A DNA stretch of 64,000 bases from Lama glama (Eukaryota): NCBI GenBank assembly GCA_028534125.1, contig CM052816.1, forward strand, positions 61,444,001 to 61,508,000, in the 5' to 3' direction. The translations under genes and the position numbers were made by a program. Positions 39,001-51,944 of the stretch are shown here, piece by piece; within the stretch, counting starts at the first letter, position 1, and each line of letters starts with the position of its first letter. The notes below the pieces were generated by a model. The model was not told the DNA's origin, did not search any database, and saw nothing but the letters and a program-made list of their open reading frames with translations.

Positions 39001-39679
39001 ACATTGAGGGAGACAAGTCAGAGACCCTGAGAAGTGTGTGTGGAAGAATTTTATGAGCATGATTGGGCTGACTCATTTGGATGGATGGAATTTGAGAGGT
39101 GATATTAGGGTAGGGGGACCAGAAACAAAGTGCTACTTTGGAAAAAAAGATTAGTAATGAATTTCTAAAACACTTTAATTTGAATGTAGAATGAATTGGT
39201 GATTACTGTCTGATATTAAAGTACAAAATTAAGAGTTTCCCTAGATTTGACACTAGATATTCTTTAATCATTATTATCATCAGCAGAGACAAATATCTTT
39301 TTGAGTTGTTGATTTTAACTTTGGTTAAAACATTCTTTGGAGATTGGTTTAAGAGAAAATAAAAGCCAAATGAAGTTATCAAAGATTTAAATCTAAAATA
39401 CCAAATTACAGGTATTGTTTGTAATGTTAAAAATTTACCAAGAACTACATTATAGTTGGATTTTATCCAAATTTTGCTTTATTACTATTAATGAAAGTTG
39501 GGAAACCTAAACAGAATTTTATCTTTACTTCAATAAGTCACCCAACTTATTTGATGCTTACTTAGAGGGAGCTTTTTAAATAGCCTATTGATTTTTCCTT
39601 CCTATAATTATTCTTCCTTACTATTACTTTCACTGGTACTCTTTTGCTCTTTAAACAGTATTCAAACTTTACATTAGAA

Positions 39680-40555
39680 TTTAATTAAGAATTGAATAAA
39701 AGATTCAATAGACAGTTCTCTAGAGAAGATATACAAATGACCAATAAGCACATTTAAAGATGGTCAGCATCATTAGTCATTAGGGAAAAGCAAATCGAAC
39801 TACAGTGATATACCACTTTGTACCCACAAGGAGGGTGGTAATCAAAAATGACAGAAAATAACAGGTGTTGGTGAAGGTGTGGAGAAATTGGAACCCTCAT
39901 ATATTGCTGATATAAATGTAAAATGGTATAACCATTTTGGAAAACAATTTGAATTTGATAGAAAACAAAACAAATTGGCAATACTTTAGGGGTTAAATGT
40001 ACAATTACCTTATTATTCACCAATTCCATTTCTAGGCATAAACCCAAGAGAACTGAAAACAGGTGTCCACACAAAAACTTCTACACTAATAATAGCATTA
40101 TTCATAATAGCCAAAAAGAGGGTACAACCCCAGAGTCCATCAACAGATGAATGAAAACTAAAATGCAGTATCTATTCTTATATTATTCAGTCATAAAAAG
40201 GAATGAAGAAGTGACTCATAGTATCATATGGATGAACATTGAAAACATTATACTGTGTGGAAAAATGTCAAACACAAAAGGCCATATATTATATGGTTCC
40301 ATTTATATGAAATATCCAGAATGAGCAAAACTATAGAAATAGAATATAGATTAGGGGTTGTCTAGGACTGGGGAGAATTAGAGTGTGATTACTAGTGGGT
40401 AGAAGCTTTCTTTTTGATATGAAGATGAAAATGTTCTAGAATTAGATAGTGGTGATGGTTGTATGTGCTGAATATAATAAAACAACTGAATTGTACACTT
40501 TTAAAAGGTGAGTTTTATGTGAATTCTATCTCAGTTTAAAAAAAAAGAATTAAAA
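39680..40555 (+). mobile_element. L1MB-type ORF2 end, 3'UTR and A tail
   Basis: gaagatatacaaatgaccaataagcac...ggaaccctcatatattgctg...gatagtggtgatggttg...tatctcagtttaaaaaaaaag. Confidence 0.9.
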
Positions 40556-40597
40556 AGTGGAGGAAGATAGAAAAGTAGGCTAGAGTCAGATGATAAA

Positions 40598-40950
40598 GTT
40601 TTTATTGTTGATTTATAATATTTCTTTATATATTCTGTATACTAGACTCTTATCAAATATATGATTTGCAGATTTTTTTCCCATTCTCTGGATTATCTTT
40701 TCATTTTCTTGATGGTGTTTTTTGGAAGCGCAAGTTTTCAAATTTTAATAATTCTGTCTTTCCCCTTTGGTTCTTGTGCTTTTGATATCATAGCTAAGAA
40801 ACCATTGCTTAAAATAAGGTCACAGAGATTTAATTCTGTGTTTTCTTCTAAAATTTCTAAAATTTTTTTTCTAAAATGTTTAGGTCTTACATTTAGCTCT
40901 ATGATCCATTTTGAATTCACTTTTGTATGATTAGAGGTAGGAGCAAGGGG
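40598..40950 (-). mobile_element. L1 ORF2 C-terminal fragment
   Basis: ORF 40738-40980(-) HTKVNSKWIIELNVRPK...LEENTELNLCDLILSNGFLAMISKAQ matches ORF2p. Confidence 0.88.
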
Positions 40951-42412
40951 CTCTTCTTGTCCTTCATTCCTACAGAACACATTTTCCCAATTTTTGCCTT
41001 TATTTAAAAGTGTTCCTGCACTTGGGTTAGTTTTCTTCTATTCTGAATCATCTCTAAATTCTATCTTTCCTTTATGGCCTATTTCACTTGCCCAGAAATC
41101 CTTTAAAAACTTTTCCCTTTTATCCACAAGAAAACAGGAATAATCATATCTCTCATATGGCTTTATCTGTATTTTTCTTACAGCCCCTTTGTCACTTTCC
41201 ATCTAGTACTATAGTTATTTATGAAAATGTATTAGCATTCTCCCCTTAGGGCAGGTTCATAGTTTGATTTGTTTTCCATAGTTTAGCATTTAGTATATAT
41301 ATCTGTTGATTGAATTATATAGTGAATATAGAGGAGGCAAAAGGAAATTACAATTGTTTAGAGAAAGAATAAAATTAATCTCAAACACCAGTAGTCTAAT
41401 AATCTTCAATGACCATTGAATTTGTAGAATGTGTATTGGTCCTTTATTAATTTTGTTATTTTAATGTGTAAGAAAAGGATATATACTCTTATCGTAAAAT
41501 GACTTTTTCTTGTGGCATCAAGTTACAAACGCAATTTTTTGTGGGATTAAAAATGAAAGTCATTCGATGAAAATGTTCCTTGGGAATGGAGAGGAATCTT
41601 TCATTATTTAGTTTAACTGGCCAATTAGGAATAGTTAATAATATTGCTTATATTTTGTCTTCTTTTAAATATTAATCTTCTTTTACAAATGGTCACTTAT
41701 AGATAATAGTGAAAAGTTTACTTAAAAAATATCCCTGCAGTGCTTATTGGAAATGTTTCTGGAAAACCTGAGTTATACATTGCCCTACTGAAGAAAATTG
41801 CCTGGGAAAACTGTGACTGACAGCTTATGCTAAGGTTTGCAATCTTGCATAGGTATCATGCCAAGTTTTCACTTATTCATTTTCTTGAAAGTGGAAGGAG
41901 ACTTAGGAAAATGTAGGCTTACTGCAGAGTTCCTTTAGAGAAACCATTGTCATCTGAAAGGATGTCCCACTGAGCCTGCCTCTAGTTGTAATCGGTGATT
42001 CTTTAAGAAGATATGGAGCCTCTTTCTATGTTTTTTATAGGGTCATTTTGAGAGGATATAAATTGATCAAAACTGCAAGTTCTTCTTTCAGTGCTTTGGA
42101 GAAATAAATGCAGTTCCATGAACTTTGATTTTTGATGTGTAGTTTAGAGCAGTTTATTAGCAAACTACTAAGCAAGGTTTGCTAAAACTTGATATTCATA
42201 AAATTAATCAACATATTAGAAAGTACTGAGATACATATGATTAGGGACTTGTAAACTAGTACTAAACAGTTTCAGCTGGAAATAGTTGGATTTTCAGAAA
42301 AACACTTTATCAATGTTGTTTTCAGTTAGTCGTGGTCTCCAATAACTTCATTGTTGCTTTTCAATCATACTAATAATTTATGTTTATTTAATTAGGTTTG
42401 TTATTTGGTATC

Positions 42413-42436
42413 ATATATATATATATATATATATAT
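42413..42436 (+). repeat. (AT)12 microsatellite
   Basis: Seen directly. Confidence 0.95.
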
Positions 42437-43134
42437 GTATTTCAAATATATATTTTGCATAAGCAGTCTTTACTGTTTGTTTTTGATGTATAATATTCGA
42501 ATAACTATCATATTCTCAGTATGAATCATCCATAGCTTCACTGCTAAAGCATATGTACATACATTATCCTCTTCTCCAAATATATTTGTATAGGCATATA
42601 TTATTGGTGATGTATGCTATGAGTGTGTAACATGTAAATAGCTTACAACATATTGTCAAGGTATGAGAATAAGATTATTGCCTTAAAAATATTTGACATT
42701 GTTTTATGATATAAAATCATGTATATATGGTCAAGTGATATGTGTTTGTGTATGTATGTTTGCTTCCACAAAAAATGCTTCTACATGACTCTACAATCCT
42801 AATTTACTCTTTCAAGGACTAACTTTGTTAATAGGTAAAATTCTGCATTCATGTTTGCCATTCTACTATTACAATTTATCATTTTGGTTCTTAAAGGCTT
42901 TTAGCATTTGCTGTTTTCCGTTTTTACTTTTTCAAATAAATGTTCTTGTAGACTATATAACATCTTAACCATTTGCTGCATTAAAGATCTTTATTATTGT
43001 TATTTTTTAATTAATTAATTTAATTTTTGAGTAAACAAAGTTTATTCTAGGAAGAACAACTCATTGAGAGCTAAAACCGTTTTAAAATTTACATATATGT
43101 ACTGTTCATTGTTTCTAAGGCTTTATTTATTATC

Positions 43135-43330
43135 TGTCTTATTACTTTCCTAACTGTATCCTTGGGCAAGTTATTTTACTTCTTTGTAATTAGCTTTTCT
43201 TACCTATAAAATGGGGATTATCATAATGACCTACCTGATGGAGTGATTATGAAGATTAAATAATTCTTGTAAATATCTTAAAACAGTGCCTGGTACAAAT
43301 TAACACTCAATAAATGATAGCTATTATTAA
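43135..43330 (+). mobile_element. MIR
   Basis: ccttgggcaagttattt...ctataaaatgggg...aacagtgcctggtaca...ctcaataaatgatagctattatt. Confidence 0.88.
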
Positions 43331-43883
43331 TATGTAGTCCCCTTGTAGGATTAATTGACTTGATAGGAGATTTACAAGTGGAATACATAGTAAGAAAGGT
43401 CTAATTTCCTACTTCCCCACCTTTTATGGCATAGGAAAGTGACCTACAGGAGAATCTAGAACTTTTAGCTTGTGACAACCTTCAACAAAAGCATAATGTC
43501 TTTCAAGAATTCTGTGCACCTGTTACTCCATAAAATATACCTATGTTTATTTTAATAATAAAAATTTTCAGTTACCTTTTAAATTGTTTTTCTCTTTTCC
43601 CCCTCCTCAATGTACCTCTAACTTTTAACAAAATTGAATCAACAAGAAGATGCGCCATATTTATCTTATGGTTCTACCTATCTTATGGCAACCTGCCAAG
43701 CACCTCTAGTTACTCATACTCCAATTTGAAAAGTACAGGGACCAGATAGACTATGGGGAAGAACTGGCAGCAAAAGATGGACACAGCTAGAATAGGAAGA
43801 AAATGCTGATGAAAGAAATCATAGGATTGTATTAGAGTTATTTACATATTTGGCTTTTAGACATTTTTATTTTCATTTCAAGT

Positions 43884-44255
43884 TGTCTCAGCTGAGGCTG
43901 GAATGACAAAATACCACAGACTGGGAGGCTTAAACAGCAGGAACTTATTTCTCACAGGAGGCTGAGAAGTTCAAGGTCAAGGTGTTAGTCTATTCTGGCT
44001 CCTGACTCTTGTCCTGGGTTGCAGACAGCCACTTTTTCACTGTGCCCTAACAGGGGAAAGAGAAGGAGGGAGAGAGAGAGAGATGACCTCTTTCTTTTCT
44101 TTTAAGGACACTAATCCTATTATGGAGACCCATCCTCATGACATCATCTAAACCTGATTACCTTTGTAAGGCCCAACTTCCAAATACCATCACATTGGGG
44201 GTTAGGATTTCAACATAGGAATTTCAGGGAGGACACCAACATTCAGTCCATAACA
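43884..44255 (-). mobile_element. MLT1A-type solo LTR
   Basis: tgtctcag...aaataccacagactgggaggcttaaacagcag...aacattcagtccataaca, with TG...CA ends. Confidence 0.88.
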
Positions 44256-44875
44256 TAAGAAAAAGAAAGCTTATAACTATTATTAGCTGTAACTTGTATC
44301 CATAATTTATTCAATTTAATAAATTGTGCATAGTTATATATAAACTGTTAAGAATAACATGATTGAATTTGTATATAATAATTTATAGATAAATAAATGC
44401 TATTTTTTATAATACACAGACATATTGCTTAGTTGGTTACCTGTACTACCTGGGACTTAAGCCCCTGTGACATGGCCAAGTTTGTAATTGGGATTCCCAG
44501 CTTCTCTTTTTGATGCCGTTTCTCATTCTTTCCTTGCTCCCAGTATTGCTTGGGAGCCTAAGTATGTATTTTGGAAAGAATGTGATAAATTCAGTCAAAT
44601 GAAGTTGTAAATAATTTTCTGAAATTACAAATACTATGTTTTCTCTTCTAGAGTATGTGACTTTCATAGAGACCAAAGCCTTTGAGTAACTACGCTGCTT
44701 ATGTCAAAAGACTCAGTCAAATATAGTTTCTTAATTCATTGATGAATTAATATCAATACTAAGATGTGAAATTTTATTAGAATTTTTCCAGGATTTGATA
44801 CATTACATCTGGATATAATGAGCAACTTGGATAAAGATTCTTAAGCAGTGACTTTTAAATTGGGATAATGTGTAA

Positions 44876-47320
44876 TACTCATGAATTTATTTTTATTGAG
44901 CCCTTGTACACTGTGCATTCTAAGAGCTGAAGTACAGCAGTGAACAAACAAAATTCCTGCTCTCTTTGGGATAGCTTGCATTTAAGTGGGAACGCAGATA
45001 AAAAGCAAGACAAATGAATATAGAGTAAGCTAGTGATAAGTGCATGAAGACATTAGAGACTGTAAAGTCACAGTGTGTGTTTAGATATGTGTGTAGTAAT
45101 TGCTGTTTTACATAGTGTGATCAGGAGGCTTCTCTTAAGGTGATACTTCAGAGACTCAGTTGAAATGACAGAGTAAGCCAGGTGGATTTGGGGAGATATT
45201 TATGAGAAAGGCATCTGGTCAAATGATACAGGAATAATAAAGGCCTTGAGGTAGGAGCAAGCTAAACATATTCAAGGAAAATCCAAGGGACTAGTGTGGC
45301 AGGAGTGGAGTAAATGATGGTGAGTGAAGTAAAAGGTAAAATCGGAGAGGTGCATGGACTAGATCAGGTATGACCTTGGAGATCATGATAAAGATAGTAT
45401 TTAACTCTTAGTGAGAGAGAAAGACAATGCAAAGTTATTTTGACTTCCAGGTGGATAACATGCTGTATAAGAGCAAGTGTGAAAGCCAAGTTACCAGTTA
45501 AAAGTTATTCAGCATTTCCTGTCAGACATAATAGGAGCTTGGACCAGTGTGGTGGAAATACAGTCGCATTCTAAATATATGCTTAGAAGGCAGAGTAAAT
45601 AGATTTTTGCCATTATATTGGATAGGGGCATGAGAGAAAGGAGTAAATGAAAGCTCTATAGTTTTAGACTGACTAACTGGTTGAATGGAGTTGCTTTTTA
45701 CAAGAAATGGGGAAGCATGCTTGAGGAGCAGGTTTGTAGAGGAAGATCAAGAGTTCTTGGTTATTAGATAGCCCAGACGAAATGTCAAGATACATGAGTC
45801 TGGATTTTAGTAGGCAGTATAGCACTGTAGTTAAACATTTGAGAGACATCAGTATATAGGTTGTATTTAAAGCCCTTGAACTAAATTAAATCACTCCGAA
45901 AGTAAGTGCATGTAGAGAAAAGAAGTCATCCAAAGGTTGAGTCTAAATTACTTTAATGTTTAGAAATCAAAGAGAAGAGGAAAAATCAAGAAAGGAAACC
46001 AAGAAAAAGCAGACAATGGGGTAGAAGGAGAACCAAGAGAGTATGGTGTTCTGGAAGACACATTAAGAAAGTTTCAAGGAGGAGACCATGGTCAACTATA
46101 TCAGATGCTCTTGACTGAATAAAATGAGGTTCTAGAAATCACCATTAGATTAGGAAAGATGGAGGCCATTGTTAATCTTAAAAAAGAGCAGTTTCAATGG
46201 AAGAGTGAATTGAAAACCTGATTGGAATGGGTTCACAAAAAAAAATAAAAGGAAAAGAAGTGAAGATGGTGAATGTACAAGAGGGTTTTTTTCAGTGAAT
46301 TTTGCTATAATCAGACAAGAGAATTCAGACAGCAGAAGGGATCATGGAGTTCATGGAAATTTTTGTGTTTATTTTTGCTTTTTAGGATGGGTGAATATTA
46401 TTACATGCATGATAGTGAGAATAACCAAAGACAGGTAAAAAATTGATAGTATTGAAGAAAGAAGGGAAATCTCCAATAACAATGCCCCTGAGAAGGCTTA
46501 AAAGCATGGGCTCCAGTACTCAATATGAGATAGAGTCCTTGGGTGGGAATCTGTTGAAGTTATTCCTTGTAACAGGAAAGAAGGCAGAGCATGTACATCA
46601 GAATATTGTTGGTGAGATTTGGTGTGTGAATATCTGGACATTTTTTTCTGGTTCCTTCTACTATCTCAGTGAAATAGGAAACAATCAACTGAGAGCACAT
46701 AAGAGGAAGAAGAGGTATTGAAGATTTGAAGAGAGAGGCGTGTGAAATAATCATTGATGAGAAGAGTGGAATGTAGTAGCATTGCTGAGAATTGCTAAGG
46801 CCTTACTTGAGGTTACTTCTTGAATTTAAAGTGAAATCAGTCACCATGATCATGTTTCTTTTCTTCATTCAAATTCTTCTGGTTGGGTGTAGGCATAGCG
46901 TAGAAATTTGAATTTCTTTAGGATTGGAGGTTTTGCAAGTGGGTACCTTGGAGAGAGAAAGAGGAAAGGAACATGAAGGTTATAAGCAAGAGGGTGATGA
47001 TAATGTGTGACCATGGTGTCTAAGCCTATGAGGGAAGTAATTGCACAAAGGTGGTGAGGAACAGTGGAAAGTGGGAAGAAGCTGGGACGACGAAAGATGG
47101 TGGTCAGAAAGTAGAATGCTTGAAATTAGCAGTGACAAAGTCTTGAATATGACCATGGGATTAGGTGGCTGAAGCAGAGGGGGGACAAGACTATTAGAAT
47201 TAAAACTATTAGACAAAATTAGAATGTTGAATAAATTTTAAGAGGCCAGGATATAAGAAAGATTTTAGTTGATACTGAAATTATTAAGAGTTATGGCAAG
47301 TGACAGTGAAGACAGTGAAA
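44876..47320 (-). mobile_element. Long L2a fragment (~2.4 kb)
   Basis: L2 tail (tttattgagccc...cagcagtgaacaaacaaaattcctgctct) followed by a continuous purine-rich L2 body that parallels 3193-5960. Confidence 0.85.
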
Positions 47321-47477
47321 GGAAGAGAGGGAGGGAAAAGTAGAAAAGGAAGAAGGGTGGGTGGAAAGATAGAGAGTGATCTAGAAAAGTGCTGTCTTCT
47401 CTGTGAAAATTATTTTGTTAGGTATTATAATAATTACAGAGAAATGTAAGATGTAAGGATCTGGGCAGTGAATTTTT

Positions 47478-47526
47478 TTCCTATTATTTTATTTATTTAT
47501 TTTAATTGAAGTACAGTCAGTTACAA
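47478..47526 (-). mobile_element. Ultra-short L1 3' tail insertion with 17-bp TSD
   Basis: T-rich tail plus aattgaagtacagtcagttacaa, flanked by ctgggca(g/a)tgaattttt at 47461-47477 and 47527-47543. Confidence 0.88.
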
Positions 47527-50164
47527 CTGGGCAATGAATTTTTATGTAAAAAATACTCATTCTAAAAGAAGAGGTAAGATGAAGTAGTGAGATTGTCTGA
47601 CAGGAGAATAGAATAAAGATTGATTTAGTTAATTATTTTAAATACCCAAATGACATTTGAGTGTGGGGTGCTAAACAGTTACTTTCCATTTTCATATAGG
47701 ATGGAACATGTGTTTATGGTTTATGTTTCCTGATTTAACTCTGCTTTAATGCACAGACATGATACTAAGAAATCTGCAAAATAGCGTGTATTTTTATTCT
47801 TTTGCTTTTTATGAATATAGGAGATTTTTAGCAAATTGCTGTAAAATGTTACTTCCATAGGGAGAAAAGAAAGTTCCTATGAGAGTATCTAAAAGAGATT
47901 GAAATTATCCTATTGAGAAAAGATATTATTTTTTTCTTTTTGTATAAGCATATTAGAAGTTACCTAACAAATTAATTGGTTAAGACGGGATTGTGGTGGA
48001 GAGAAGTTAAAAATTTTATGTGTCTGAAACACCTTCATAATTAACTTGGAAGATTTTAATGAATGGAGAACATTTTTAATGAAGATCTCACAAGTTCTTA
48101 TAAATTATGCCAGTAAATTAATTAATTAAGTATGTGGTTCTCCTGAGTTATCCATAGTCTCACAGTTTTATACTTCTAGAAATCCTTCTTCATCTTCCAA
48201 TTCACCACACAGGCAAAGTGCTGGCAACATCACTGAAAATCATTTAAGAACTTGAGCTTGTAGGAACATCATGGCCCACGGTGAAGATGGGACTTTGAAG
48301 GTACAGGACTTTCATCTGCCTCAGTTGTTAATAGTTTTTTTTCCCCCTTTGGAAGTACTACATTTATTATTTAAGATATCTCTTAGTATTAGAAGTCTCT
48401 TAAAAATTGCCTTGCCCAATTTTTGCTAGTATTGCAAGAAACTAAGGGAAAAAGAGGAATTTTACTCAGATGCTAATTCAAGGGAGTGAAATCTGATTGA
48501 AATATTTAGACATGAAACAAAAAATTATGCATGACCTTATGGAATCAAAGTGGTCTTCTGACCACTCAAAATAGTCAAGTGTACAGGAAAAGACTGAACC
48601 CTCTTGAAAATTGTGGAACATGACTACCATAATTCATACATATTTATATTTAATATATAAAATTCATATATGTACAATTCATTAACAGTATGAATGAGAT
48701 GGGTTAGGTGAAGAGTGACCAGAGGAGAAACTGGGTGGCTATAGATAGGAAATGTCTGTTTTAATCAAATAGTAGTGTAATTTTCTTTCTTATCTTATGA
48801 TCAAGACATTTTAAGCCCTGTAAGTTTTATCATAATGTTTCTTTTTCTGAATTTAAATGTTTTACTTAGTTAAGACTGTTACCGCTTTCTAATACTTGGC
48901 AAGAATTCTTAAAATGGCTATGTACACGCATAGAAACAGGGTGGTAGTAATTGAAAGTGACATCATCTGGGCTATTTAATCACCTTCCAAAAACAGAGGG
49001 AGGAACAAAGTGTGTTTAGAGTTCTAGTTTGCTTTCTTGAGATAACTAGTTTACCTTATTATTTTTCATCGCTGTAAATTTTCTAAAGGGAAATAATCCT
49101 GTTGAACTCTCTTGGTATATTACTTCGATTGTGTTTGTTTGTTTACTTTTTAGACACCGAAGTGCCATTCTGGTGATTAAGCAAGTGCATTGTGGCCTGT
49201 GGTGGGCTAATGTGACAAGTATGTGGCTTGAAGCCAGTGAACTGTCTGAATCTTTCTAACCATATTTAGTTGTTTTCAGATATATAGCTGTCATGATTAC
49301 TGTGCTATACTATTATGATTGTGTCTATTGTAATAGTACAACTTCTCTTTAACTGTCAAAATATAAGTTGTGTGATTTCTTTGTACCATCAGTTGGAAGA
49401 TTTTTTTGGTATATCTTTTCAATGTTGCAAAAGGGACCAGGGATTTACAGTAGAACTACCGAAGCTTTAAAATATTAACAGCCCATTAAGTACAGGATAT
49501 GGTTCATGAGGTTTAATGGAAAGTTGTTAAAAGGAGATGGAACTATTCCAGTGGTTGGGGAGGGTGGTTAGTGGCAAAGAACAAGGCAAAGAATAAAAAA
49601 GCTTGCTTTTCCTATAAATAATCAATGTTTGTAGATGAACAGCAACAGCAACACAGCAAGCCTCTTTTGATCCTGATAAGCAGTACTAGGAGCTCACTGA
49701 GAAGTCCACTTGGTTCGTATGTTAACTTTCCTGTTCAGAGGATATCCAGCAATGTTGTATTAAAAAAATTTCCTGTGGATTTGAGATGCTTGGCATTCAT
49801 TAAATCAAACATTTGGACTTTGAAATAGCACCTACTTTGTGTAACATTTTAAAAATTACAAGGCTCCTGAGACTAGTCCTTGGAATAGACTTTAGTGATT
49901 ATCAAGAGAATAATAAAAATGCAAGTTTTTCCGAAAAGGATATTTTTAAAGCAAAAGAGTATAACACTTAAGAGCATAATATTTAATATACACCTGAGCC
50001 TTTTTCCTTGGAGAGTGGTACACTTCTAGTGTATATGTGACAATTAGAGTCTAATATATCATTTGTTTCCCATGCACATACTTAGGTCTTGGGTCCTAGG
50101 TCAAGGTAACAGGTCTAGTCTTCTACTTGCTTGAATTAAATACACTTTTTCCCACAGCTCTTCA

Positions 50165-50290
50165 ATCCTGAGTAATTTATGTAAATTCTCCACGTCTCAG
50201 TTTTCTCTCTCTGAGGCTCTGCTACTTAACAGGATTATTTATAAGATCTAGTGAAATCATATACATGAAAGCACTTTGTAAATTATTATT
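50165..50290 (+). mobile_element. MIR fragment
   Basis: gtctcagttttctctctctga...atacatgaaagcactttgtaaa. Confidence 0.6.
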
Positions 50291-50635
50291 TACTAAGTAT
50301 ATATAATGAGTAGGTAAATCAGAAGCTAAGACTCTGGAACTTTGGAGATAGATCCAATTATTGAAATCATAACTCTACTTAATGCTGCTGCTAACTCTTT
50401 TCAGCAGACCAAGGTTAGCTTTACCACTTAGGCTTCATGGTTTTTTTTCCTTTGGATTTTATATTAAATCAGTGTTATTGAATGAACTTTGAAAAAACTG
50501 AGGGCCCTGTGGACACTTGAATGACAATTACAATGAACATTCAGCCCCACTTGCATACCTTTAATTCTTTACCTGACATTCCTTTTCAAACCAGTCCATG
50601 GTATTATTGACTGTTCACTGTCTGGAATGCCAACA

Positions 50636-51114
50636 TGTTCTAGTTGTCTATGGCTGCATAACAAATCACCCCAAAACTCAAGGGCTTAAAACAACAATCA
50701 TCATCATCATCATTATTATTACTCACATATGCTGTGGGTCAGAATTTGAGAAGGACTCAGCCGGCAGTGCCAGCTCTTTCTGTAATGCAGTTGCAGTTAG
50801 ACTATGACCAGCATTGATAAAGGGGGCTGATGCAGCTTTTTCTCTTCATGTGGTTTCTCCATGTTGTCTAGTTTGGAATTTCTAACAGCATGCTGGCCTT
50901 AGGGCAGCCAGCCTGCTCACAGGAGGCTCCAAAAGACAGTGTCCTGAGAAAAACAAGAGGAAGTGTAATGTTTTTTATGACCTTGATTTTGAAGTCACAA
51001 ACCTGCTAAGACTCTAAAGGGAGAAACAGATCTTACCTCTTGAGAGAAGTGTCAAAGTCACAGGTGCATGGGAGATGTTATTATGACCTTCTTTGGAAAA
51101 AACAATCTGCCACA
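50636..51114 (-). mobile_element. MLT1G/H-type solo LTR
   Basis: tgttctagttgtctatggctgcataacaaatcaccccaaaactc...ctttggaaaaaacaatctgccaca. Confidence 0.82.
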
Positions 51115-51944
51115 TGAATGATGATTGTTTCTGTCACTTCATATATAGCACTTGTTCCCTGTTAACTTGAACTCTCTAGGACCACAATATGGAATGATTT
51201 ACTTTCCCTTTTCTTTTGTAACTACACAATTTTCCTGCTAGACATGAACAAGGAAGCAATAAAAGCTAACTAAAAACAATAGAACTAATCTTTTTATACT
51301 CTTCTTGAATCTTAAATCAGCCTCGTTTTAGAAAGATTATTTACCATATCAAATGAAAAAAAAAACCCAATTATCTCTGGAGTCATACTTAAAAAAAGAT
51401 GTGCTACTAAATTAGCATTAGTTTAGAAAGTGCATTAAAAGCATGCATTATCACTGATTTGCATTAAAACTCCAGAAACTCTTGTTGGAAGAACAGTTTG
51501 TGCTATGACAGATAGTGAGGATGTTTATCCTTATTTTATATGGCACCTTTATACACTTTTCTTATCAAATTTATCACTTCACACTACATTATATTTATGT
51601 GCATATCCATCTTCCTTGTATGTTGTCATCTCTTTAGGGGGAAAATTTGTTGCTGATTTATTACTACTGTAGAGTGCTTGATAAACATTTGCTGAATTTG
51701 AGAAAAATAATCTATATGTTCAGGGAGTTGACAGGAAATGGCTTCTGGGATGGAGATGATCACCCTGTTATGTTAACATTCCTCTCCAGCCAGCGGTGGG
51801 TAGCCCTAGGTAGTTACAGTTATTCAGTATTAAAAAACATTAGTTATTAGCACATTTCTGGTGTTGAAACCCCAACCTATTAAATCAGGGATTAAGTAAT
51901 TCGGTAATTTACCCATGCTAAGTGATACTCATTCTGTTTCTTTC

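Noticed and set aside
39680..40950. Twin-priming 5' inversion
   Set aside because: The inverted piece is downstream of the poly-A tail rather than 5' of the sense piece. Reinterpreted as a genomic inversion.
50495..50525. gccctgtggacacttg resembling the next ADAMTS6 exon (KPCGTLG)
   Set aside because: There is no upstream YDICTY coding, the frame does not hold and there are no proper splice sites. Chance similarity.
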